DNA from: a virus
Lineage: Duplodnaviria > Caudoviricetes
DNA length: 58,326 bases
Reading direction: 5' to 3' (one strand)
Virus record (IMG/VR): IMGVR_UViG_3300020042_010505
Span: 1-58,326 of that record
Shown here: positions 8,617 to 15,723 of the stretch, piece after piece
Numbering within the stretch: the stretch's first letter is position 1
Layout: each line of letters opens with the position of its first letter
The notes under the pieces: generated by a model
The model's input: the letters and a program-made list of their open reading frames with translations, nothing else
Told to the model about the DNA's origin: nothing
Databases searched by the model: none
Translations under genes and position numbers: made by a program

Positions 8617-9102
8617 ATGAAAAAAAGAGTTTTATATTTACACGGTTTAGAAAGTTCTAATGTTTGTGATAAAGTTAATTTTCTTAGGGAAGTTGCTGAT
8701 TGTTATGCTCCCCCTATTGATTATAGAGATCCATATATTGAGGATTTATTATTAAAAATGATTAGAGCTTTCAAGCCTGAGGTTATTATTGGTTCTAGTA
8801 TGGGTGGTTATGCAGCCCTTCAATTAGGTAATTATTTTGATATTCCTGTTGTTGCATTTAATCCTGCTATTCACACACGTGCTTTTGATCCTGCGTTTAA
8901 GAAATTAATTACCGAAGATGTTAATATTTATTTTACTCCTGTTATTATTTTAGGTATAGAGGATGATGTTATTAATCCTTTAATTACTAAGGAAATTTTG
9001 GATGATGCTTTTATTGAATGTATTATTGAGGAGATTGAGGATTTAGGACATAGAATTCCATTTAATGTTTTTGCTAATATGTATAATAAATATATAAAAT
9101 AA
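8617..9102 (+). CDS. YqiA/YcfP-like alpha/beta hydrolase (esterase)
   Basis: LYLHGLES, GSSMGG nucleophile elbow, FNPA, DDVI and GH. Confidence 0.9.
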   Translation: MKKRVLYLHGLESSNVCDKVNFLREVADCYAPPIDYRDPYIEDLLLKMIRAFKPEVIIGSSMGGYAALQLGNYFDIPVVAFNPAIHTRAFDPAFKKLITEDVNIYFTPVIILGIEDDVINPLITKEILDDAFIECIIEEIEDLGHRIPFNVFANMYNKYIK

Positions 9103-9108
9103 AATGCT

Positions 9109-9405
9109 ATGAATAATTTTGATTTTAGAAAATATTTAAAGGAAGGAAAATTATATGAAATGTACGGATCAGATAGAAGAATCCCAGATGATACATACAT
9201 CGGTGATGATACATGGTACGATAAAGAAGAAGATGATACTAAGGGATATGTTGAAACTATGAATCCTGATCTTTTTGACCATGTAGATGAAATTGTTAGA
9301 ATCTTTAAAGAATGGAAAAACGCTCCCGCAACTGAACCGGGAATGGAGGGATATGCTAAAGATGATTTAGTAGATTACATAACAGGTAAAATAAGAAACG
9401 CATAA
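9109..9405 (+). CDS. Hypothetical protein with putative cleavable leader
   Basis: N-terminus MNNFDFRKYLKE. Confidence 0.8.
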   Translation: MNNFDFRKYLKEGKLYEMYGSDRRIPDDTYIGDDTWYDKEEDDTKGYVETMNPDLFDHVDEIVRIFKEWKNAPATEPGMEGYAKDDLVDYITGKIRNA

Positions 9406-9419
9406 AAATTTAAGAAAGA

Positions 9420-9872
9420 ATAGTATGATAAAATTAAAAACCTTATTAGAAGATATAGATCAAAACAACAACGGATATCCAGATTCTACAGAAGGTAATT
9501 TAGCACGCACTAACATTAACACATATTATACAATGCCCCCAAAGGGATTTCAATTTACTAATAAACCAATTGATTCACAAGCAAACAAGTTGTTAATGAA
9601 TTATTGGGATAATATATTAAATTCTCAAGAAAAACAACAAGAATATCAGGATGATCGTAAAGCTGGCAATTCAAATTGGCGAGATGGCATAGAATTATAT
9701 AATCGGTATATAATTACTGCAGGTCGTGCTGAAAATCAATTGAAAGTCTCCGGATATATAACAACCGCTGTTACAGACAAAAACACCTATAACAACAAAA
9801 CAAAAATACGATCAAAACATGACAGGATAGTATGATAAAATTAAAAACATTATTAGAAGATACAGATCAAAA
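9420..9872 (+). repeat. 46-bp direct repeat (9420-9465 and 9827-9872) encoding MIKLKTLLED
   Basis: ATAGTATGATAAAATTAAAAAC[C/A]TTATTAGAAGATA[T/C]AGATCAAAA; 2 mismatches. Confidence 0.9.
9425..9835 (+). CDS. Hypothetical protein with putative cleavable leader
   Basis: MIKLKTLLE then DIDQNNNGYPD (Ca-binding-loop-like). Confidence 0.7.
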   Translation: MIKLKTLLEDIDQNNNGYPDSTEGNLARTNINTYYTMPPKGFQFTNKPIDSQANKLLMNYWDNILNSQEKQQEYQDDRKAGNSNWRDGIELYNRYIITAGRAENQLKVSGYITTAVTDKNTYNNKTKIRSKHDRIV

Positions 9873-9883
9873 AATATATAACA

Positions 9884-10444
9884 ATGTCATTCGATTATAG
9901 AGCATATTTAAAAAACAATCCTTTATTAGAGGAATTTCCTAAAAATCAATGGACTGGTTTAGATAAAAAAGAAACCGAAGAATACTCAGGTGATATTTTT
10001 GCTTTAATTGATACAGCTTATGCGTCAATTGGCGGTAATTTAAATTATAGTAACGCAGGTGATGTAACAGGTGCAGAAGGCGATGCAGATTATGAAGTAA
10101 TTAATATAGACGACGATCCTGAGATTGACGCTGTTGTTGTTTCTAAAAGTAAAGAAGCAGGTAATAAACTTACTGCTATAGGTCATGATAATTCATCAAT
10201 AGCTAAATCAAAAGCTATTAACAAATCAGCAGACCTACTTAAAACCTCAGGCAATTATATCGAGGTATCAGGTAGAATAAAAGATATTTTACTTGCAAAA
10301 GGAGTTCCTATAGTAACTAATAAATCCACTATTGAAAAGGTAATGGGTAATAAAGCAATAGACATCCAAGATGATGGTTCTTATACACGTTATATTAGTG
10401 GAAAAGAAACACATAAAATCCTTCTTGGAAAACCTTCGGTGTAA
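9884..10444 (+). CDS. Hypothetical protein with putative cleavable leader
   Basis: MSFDYRAYLKNNPLLEE; 186 aa. Confidence 0.8.
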   Translation: MSFDYRAYLKNNPLLEEFPKNQWTGLDKKETEEYSGDIFALIDTAYASIGGNLNYSNAGDVTGAEGDADYEVINIDDDPEIDAVVVSKSKEAGNKLTAIGHDNSSIAKSKAINKSADLLKTSGNYIEVSGRIKDILLAKGVPIVTNKSTIEKVMGNKAIDIQDDGSYTRYISGKETHKILLGKPSV

Positions 10445-10446
10445 AA

Positions 10447-10478
10447 CTTGGAGAAGCAAAATATTATTCGTATATTTA
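10447..10478 (+). promoter_or_regulatory. Early promoter
   Basis: CTTG-N20-TATATTTA; AAGGTT-ATG downstream. Confidence 0.75.
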
Positions 10479-10504
10479 CGGTATAAGATTTAAAAATAAA
10501 GGTT

Positions 10505-10843
10505 ATGAACAATTACAATCAATTATGTGTATTGCCTGGAACTATTGTTGGTCCGGAAGAAATCAAAGATTTTGAAACATTCTTTTTAGATGACTTAGGT
10601 GTTCGTGTGAAATATGAATGTGAAATAAAAACACTACCTGACATCAATTCAGATGGAGATCAAATTTACGATACAGGAGGTCGTAATGATTTATTTTTCT
10701 ACATTCACGACGATGATATTCAAGATTTTGCTGTTCGTCGTTTAAAAATGGGTATTCGTTGGTGGGAAGATGTTATTAAATATAACGATAATGCTCATAT
10801 GTACTCTCAAGAATTCATTTTAAAATATCCAACAACATGGTAA
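10505..10843 (+). CDS. Hypothetical protein
   Basis: 112-aa ORF; GGRNDLFFYIH and GIRWWED motifs. Confidence 0.85.
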   Translation: MNNYNQLCVLPGTIVGPEEIKDFETFFLDDLGVRVKYECEIKTLPDINSDGDQIYDTGGRNDLFFYIHDDDIQDFAVRRLKMGIRWWEDVIKYNDNAHMYSQEFILKYPTTW

Positions 10844-11052
10844 AAATTAAAACTCCCGATAATTTTAGACACTCGTTATTAGAAGCCATTGAATCTAATC
10901 GTCTTGAAATGTTAATGCCCTCTCGTGAATATTCTGATTCTCAGGTTTATTGGATGGATGGTTATCAACAAGCTCTTGAAGATATGCTAGGAGATTATGA
11001 TAACAATATTCAAGATATTATTAAAAATACTTTAACATTTTCATTAAATTAA
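10837..11052 (+). CDS. Hypothetical protein
   Basis: 71-aa ORF overlapping the upstream stop. Confidence 0.7.
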   Translation: MVKIKTPDNFRHSLLEAIESNRLEMLMPSREYSDSQVYWMDGYQQALEDMLGDYDNNIQDIIKNTLTFSLN

Positions 11053-11071
11053 TAAAAAAAAAAAATAAGTT

Positions 11072-11302
11072 ATGGAAGATTTTATTTCACAAGATGAGTT
11101 TAATTTAGAATTAAGTGCTTTTGATGAAGCTTTAATTAATATTGAATGTGATGAGATTTTAGTTCTTGCTGATAAATGTGGCAAGCAATTAGAAGTTTGT
11201 TGGGGTGCTTTTAAACATAAAGAACAATTTCCCACTGCCTCATTTCTTGAATGTCTTCAAGTAGGAGCTAAATCAAATGATATATATTCTTTTAAAAAAT
11301 AA
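11072..11302 (+). CDS. Hypothetical protein
   Basis: 76-aa ORF; AAGTT-ATG start. Confidence 0.7.
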   Translation: MEDFISQDEFNLELSAFDEALINIECDEILVLADKCGKQLEVCWGAFKHKEQFPTASFLECLQVGAKSNDIYSFKK

Positions 11303-11305
11303 AAA

Positions 11306-11410
11306 ATGATAATTGTTGAATTAATAATTTGTGGAGTTTTTATATCTTTATGGTCACTATGTTTATGGTTAGCTATTTCAACAACCATAAATGTAATTAG
11401 AGATAAATAA
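11306..11410 (+). CDS. Small single-TM peptide (34 aa)
   Basis: MIIVELIICGVFISLWSLCLWLAISTTINVIRDK. Confidence 0.5.
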   Translation: MIIVELIICGVFISLWSLCLWLAISTTINVIRDK

Positions 11411-11444
11411 ATTTACTATTACTTGTTATCTTAAAAGTTTTTTC

Positions 11445-11453
11445 ATATTTATA
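11445..11453 (+). promoter_or_regulatory. Putative late promoter motif ATATTTATA
   Basis: Heads the lysis cassette; recurs before several late operons. Confidence 0.55.
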
Positions 11454-11468
11454 ACAAAACTAAAAATT

Positions 11469-11639
11469 ATGAAATTAACTAAAGAACAAGTATTAGGTAT
11501 TGTTAGACATGCCTTAACATTTATTGGTGGTATTGTAATAGCAAGAGGCCTTGTTGATGAAACACTTGTAACAGAATGTGTAGGTGGTGCTTTGACACTA
11601 ACAGGTGCTATATGGTCTATTATTAATAAAAATAAATAG
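11469..11639 (+). CDS. Putative small holin (2 TM, 56 aa, absent from the ORF track)
   Basis: MKLTKEQVLGIVRHALTFIGGIVIARG...GAIWSIINKNK resembles Pam3-gp28-type putative holins (recalled, not searched). Confidence 0.75.
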   Translation: MKLTKEQVLGIVRHALTFIGGIVIARGLVDETLVTECVGGALTLTGAIWSIINKNK

Positions 11640-11643
11640 AGCC

Positions 11644-11898
11644 GTGAAAAAGATTCTTAATTGGATAACAGGATTATTTAAGGACGAAAAAGGATCTCCA
11701 TCATCTAAAAGATTTATTGGTATATTGTGTGGTATTACTTTGTGTATCACACTATATGCTAATAGTTTCACTCATGGTGATGTAAAACCCGCAGATACTT
11801 TAGTAAACGCAGTAGCAATGCTAGCGTTTGGATGTTTAGGATTAGCATCGGTAGATAAAATTTGGGGTAAAAAAGAGGGAGAGAAAACAGAAGAATAG
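11644..11898 (+). CDS. Holin-like membrane protein (2 TM)
   Basis: Likely GTG start at 11644; SSKRFIG followed by two hydrophobic helices and a charged tail. Confidence 0.7.
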   Translation: MKKILNWITGLFKDEKGSPSSKRFIGILCGITLCITLYANSFTHGDVKPADTLVNAVAMLAFGCLGLASVDKIWGKKEGEKTEE

Positions 11899-11899
11899 T

Positions 11900-12199
11900 A
11901 TGAAAAAAATAATAGCGTGTATTATATTAACTCTATTTAGTTACACATCTTTTACTCAAATATGTACCCCAAAACCAAAAAATTGGGCTTTAAGTGCAAG
12001 TGTTGGATATATTAATGTATCTACTATAAAACAACCAGTATCAAGATATCAATCAAACACCTGGACTTCTTTAAATATTAATTATAGTACAAGTAAGTGG
12101 TCATTTGGTGGGTGGGCTGGAGCTAATTATTGGATTGATTCAAAGCAACCTGATTTAAGATTAGGCTTTTCTGTTACTCGCACTATAAAAAAATGGTAA
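11900..12199 (+). CDS. Secreted beta-rich protein
   Basis: Signal peptide MKKIIACIILTLFS, amphipathic beta strands and terminal W. Confidence 0.7.
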   Translation: MKKIIACIILTLFSYTSFTQICTPKPKNWALSASVGYINVSTIKQPVSRYQSNTWTSLNINYSTSKWSFGGWAGANYWIDSKQPDLRLGFSVTRTIKKW

Positions 12200-12208
12200 T
12201 TTAAGTTT

Positions 12209-12553
12209 ATGAAAGAAATAGGTATAACTATAAGTTTTTTAATTAGTGGGTTATTTGGAGCTATCTTAATGGCATCTAAAAATACCGAAACCGGTATTAG
12301 ATCAACTATATTATCTATTTTTGGTGGTATGGCAGCCGCAAATTACCTTACTCCCGTAATGATTGAATTACTTAATTTAAAAGAAGCTAAACTACAAAAT
12401 GGGTTAGCTTTTATTGTTGGATTTTTAGGATTAAAATTAGTAGAAATACTAAGTAATAAATTCTTAAACCAAGTAGCTCCTCAATCAGAAGTTAAAAAAC
12501 CAGTTAAAAAATTACCTATTAAAAAGAAAGTTACTAAAAAAGTTATTAAATGA
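12209..12553 (+). CDS. Putative class I holin (3 TM)
   Basis: Three hydrophobic segments (ANYLTP; LAFIVGFLGLKLVE) and a Lys-rich C-terminal tail. Confidence 0.7.
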   Translation: MKEIGITISFLISGLFGAILMASKNTETGIRSTILSIFGGMAAANYLTPVMIELLNLKEAKLQNGLAFIVGFLGLKLVEILSNKFLNQVAPQSEVKKPVKKLPIKKKVTKKVIK

Positions 12554-13161
12554 TTATAGAAAAAATAAAGAGTAAGCTATGGCTTACCTCAATACCCGTT
12601 GCAATAGCCGCATTATTATCAATGTCGGCAATAAAAGACATTGAAGATGCTCATGTAGAGTTAGATAATGGTAAACGAACAGCATATTACTTAAGGTGCT
12701 CAACAGACAGCCTAACATACTTAGCAATAGCATATACTGCTACAGGTAAGGAAAAATTTATCAATGAGTTTAATTCTCATCTAGAGAGAAGAAAGCAAAT
12801 GAAATTTGATATTATACCTGAAGGTATGGTATATTACAATGAAGGTTTAAGTTTGAGCAATGAATTAGCAACAGTAATAGAGGCCCCAGCATTTGCTGCT
12901 ATGAATGATACCGCATTTTTTACTGATCAATATTTATCTTATAAAACTAGAATTATTACTAGTATAGAAAATTTAAGAAATGTAACTTATGAAAAATCTA
13001 ATGATAAATTGCAACGAGCAGTTTTAGAACTTAACATATATATTTATTTTTTAGTTTTACTATTATTGGGATTTGTTATGTTAATAAGATTTGATAAACC
13101 CTTAATTGTTAAACCCGTAAGAAAAAAGAAACCCATTAAAAAACCCATCAAAAAGAAATAA
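12550..13161 (+). CDS. Membrane protein with an extracytoplasmic sensor-like helical domain
   Basis: TM-domain-TM; LRCSTDSLTYLAIAYTATG and LSNELATVIEAPAFAAM resemble MCP/histidine-kinase sensor motifs; no output domain. Confidence 0.7.
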   Translation: MIIEKIKSKLWLTSIPVAIAALLSMSAIKDIEDAHVELDNGKRTAYYLRCSTDSLTYLAIAYTATGKEKFINEFNSHLERRKQMKFDIIPEGMVYYNEGLSLSNELATVIEAPAFAAMNDTAFFTDQYLSYKTRIITSIENLRNVTYEKSNDKLQRAVLELNIYIYFLVLLLLGFVMLIRFDKPLIVKPVRKKKPIKKPIKKK

Positions 13162-13163
13162 AC

Positions 13164-14174
13164 ATGAAAAAACATGCGCGTGTGAAACAAAATCAAACAG
13201 CTGAAACACATTCAGATGAAACCTCAGGTGGTGCCTCAATTGACACTACAACTACAGCATCTGCAGGAGTAGAAACGGGAGATGAAAATGCCTCAATTGG
13301 TATTGAAGTATCTGCTAAAACTGGAACAGAAGCATCAGTTGATGGTGGTTTAGATGGCAACAATGTATATTTAGAAGCAAATTATTCAGATACAACTGAA
13401 GTTCATGTTACAGTAGAGGGCCAAGCTAATGCTGAAGGATTTGGAGTTGGTGGTTCTGTAGATGCTTATGCAAAAACAGGAAACGAGGCTAGTCTTGAAG
13501 TAAGAGCAGGTGACGAAGGGGTAGTAGCAAACGGAAGTGTGTCAGCAGGTACATCAGTAGGTGTTGATGGAGAAGGAACAGTTGATCTAAGAGAAGGTTC
13601 AGTAACAGCTGGTGCAGGTGTGTCAGTTGGAGAGCAAGTTGGAATTGGTGGTGGTGGTGAAGCTACTTACGTAGACGGAGTGGCAACAGTAGGAGTTAGT
13701 GGTGAGGTAGCAGTATTGCTTGGAGTTGATGTTGATTTAAGTGTAAGCGTTGATACAAATCAAATAGCTGAAGATGCTCGATTAGCAGCAGAGGAGGCGG
13801 AAAAATTAGCAAAAGTGTCAAGGGAATTAGCTGAAGCGACTCAAAGAGAAGCTGATCGTTTAGCTTTAGAAGCACAACGATTAGCAGCAGAAGTAGCACA
13901 AAGAGAAGCTGATAGAATTGCAAACGAAGCTAAAGCGCAAGCCGAAGCAGCTCAAAAAGAAGCTAATCGTTTAGCAGCAGAATCAAAAAGAATTACTGAA
14001 GAACAAGCAGCAGCTGCTCAAAGAGAAACTGAACGTGTAGCTAGAGAAACTCAAGCAGCAGCAGAAGCAGCACAAAGAGAGACTGAAAGAGTAGCTCGTG
14101 AAACACAAGATGCTTTAAACAGAGCTGCAGAAGATGCTAAAAGATCAAAATGGAACCCTAAAAATTGGTTTTAA
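13164..14174 (+). CDS. Gly/Val-rich beta-repeat plus coiled-coil protein
   Basis: About 190 aa of alternating G/V/A/S strands, then Ala/Glu/Arg heptads, ending KWNPKNWF. Confidence 0.85.
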   Translation: MKKHARVKQNQTAETHSDETSGGASIDTTTTASAGVETGDENASIGIEVSAKTGTEASVDGGLDGNNVYLEANYSDTTEVHVTVEGQANAEGFGVGGSVDAYAKTGNEASLEVRAGDEGVVANGSVSAGTSVGVDGEGTVDLREGSVTAGAGVSVGEQVGIGGGGEATYVDGVATVGVSGEVAVLLGVDVDLSVSVDTNQIAEDARLAAEEAEKLAKVSRELAEATQREADRLALEAQRLAAEVAQREADRIANEAKAQAEAAQKEANRLAAESKRITEEQAAAAQRETERVARETQAAAEAAQRETERVARETQDALNRAAEDAKRSKWNPKNWF

Positions 14175-14208
14175 TTAATATATAAAATAACTATAAAATA
14201 AAATAAAA

Positions 14209-14802
14209 ATGGCAAAGTACACAAAAGAACAAGTTGAAGCAGCAGTAAAATCAAAAGGATATGTTTGGTTTGAAGGAGCAAAAGATTATGACGTAAACAT
14301 CGTAGGTGTTAGAAACGCAGCAACGGGTCAAACAGTAACAAATGTATTTGATGACGTTATTACAGTATCCTATAAAGTAGGAGGTGAATGGCAATACAAA
14401 GAATGGACAAACACAACTGACCCAGGTAAAAAGGGTGTTCAACAATTCCACAATGCAAAAGGAGTTGCACGTTTAGTAGAAGGTCAATATAGAGGATCAC
14501 ATATTATTAGACTACATCAAGGGAAATACGAAGCTTTAGGTCAAGCAAAAAACGTTAAAGTATATCGTGATGCTAATAAAGATTTAAAGTTTGATGAAAT
14601 AAAAATTGATGAAGGTGTATTTGGAATCAATATTCACAAAGCAGGAGTTGATTCTACTTATGTAGAAAATTGGTCAGAAGGATGTCAAGTATTTAAAAGA
14701 TCTAAAGATTTTGAAGAGTTTATGACAATTTGTCGTAAAGCAAGAGATATCCATGGTAATTCATTCACATATACTTTGATTGAATCAACAGATATTAGGT
14801 AA
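14209..14802 (+). CDS. Putative endolysin, YkuD/L,D-transpeptidase-like
   Basis: GINIHKAG...WSEGCQV His/Cys motif; located in the holin cluster. Confidence 0.75.
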   Translation: MAKYTKEQVEAAVKSKGYVWFEGAKDYDVNIVGVRNAATGQTVTNVFDDVITVSYKVGGEWQYKEWTNTTDPGKKGVQQFHNAKGVARLVEGQYRGSHIIRLHQGKYEALGQAKNVKVYRDANKDLKFDEIKIDEGVFGINIHKAGVDSTYVENWSEGCQVFKRSKDFEEFMTICRKARDIHGNSFTYTLIESTDIR

Positions 14803-14818
14803 ATAACGGGGATTTTTA

Positions 14819-15169
14819 ATGTCAACTAGAATACCCTTTCAATGGAACACAGCAAACTTTAAATGGAGCGCAACTAATCCAACTGATGGAAAAATATATC
14901 CTCCTAATGAAATAGTTACAGGAACAAATCTGTGGAATGATTGCGCTTTAATCATTGAATTAATTGATGCTTTACAAGGTGGTAAAAGTCCTGATGATTA
15001 TTTTGATAAAGAACCTGATAAGAAAAAGAAATTTATTAAACTTTTATGTCAAGTTAAGGGCATAGAATATAAAGAAACTAAAAAGGTACTAAATCGTCAA
15101 ATACGTATAGCCGATGTAACACTAGTAGCTAAAGAAATACTAGGAATTGATATTAAAATAAATAGATAA
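14819..15169 (+). CDS. Hypothetical protein
   Basis: 116-aa ORF. Confidence 0.8.
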   Translation: MSTRIPFQWNTANFKWSATNPTDGKIYPPNEIVTGTNLWNDCALIIELIDALQGGKSPDDYFDKEPDKKKKFIKLLCQVKGIEYKETKKVLNRQIRIADVTLVAKEILGIDIKINR

Positions 15170-15714
15170 TGTATATATTATACACAGATAAACAAGAAAT
15201 ATTTGAATGTTCTATATCACTAGAAGGTGCTTCTGTTAAAAATAGCCAAGCACGCTTATTAATAGAATCAGATAATTTAAACCTTTTATTTAAAGGAACT
15301 ATTGATTCTAAAGGGAAATGTACCATTCCTATTAAAAAATTAAAAAACTTATTAGAAGAATCAACAAAAGGTAAAATTAAGCTTGAAGTTATAGCAGATG
15401 ATACGTATTTTACACCCTGGGAATCGGATTTTGAAGTAGAAACAGCAAGAAAGGTAACAGTAGAAGTGAAATCACAAGCAAACCAAAATATTATAGCTGA
15501 ATCTAAACCATCAATTAGTGTAAGAAACATTAAAGCTGGAGATCATATTCAAAATTTAACTCGAATACTTGTAAAAGAAAATATTGGCTTAACTAACATG
15601 GCTTCAAATAAAGTTAAATTAAATAATATTATATCTTCTTACTTAAAAATTAATAAAATCAGCGATGATGAAAAAAGCAGAATAATCGAAGGAATTATTC
15701 AAACATTAATATAA
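15169..15714 (+). CDS. Hypothetical (virion-associated?) protein
   Basis: Beta-rich N-terminal domain (KLEVIADDTYFTPW); TAATG coupling. Confidence 0.8.
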   Translation: MYILYTDKQEIFECSISLEGASVKNSQARLLIESDNLNLLFKGTIDSKGKCTIPIKKLKNLLEESTKGKIKLEVIADDTYFTPWESDFEVETARKVTVEVKSQANQNIIAESKPSISVRNIKAGDHIQNLTRILVKENIGLTNMASNKVKLNNIISSYLKINKISDDEKSRIIEGIIQTLI

Positions 15715-15723
15715 AAATAAGTT

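Noticed and set aside
608-10504. CRISPR array or integron attC sites as the explanation for the intergenic repeats
   Set aside because: The repeats are separated by whole genes, match promoter consensus and lack attC R/L boxes; no cas or integrase gene is in the window.
11053-11065. Poly-A run as a phase-variation tract
   Set aside because: It is intergenic and within the A-rich leader typical of this genome; there is no evidence of a frame or promoter effect.
11605-11643. Track start of the 97-aa ORF
   Set aside because: It overlaps the 56-aa holin gene; GTG 11644 is preferred.
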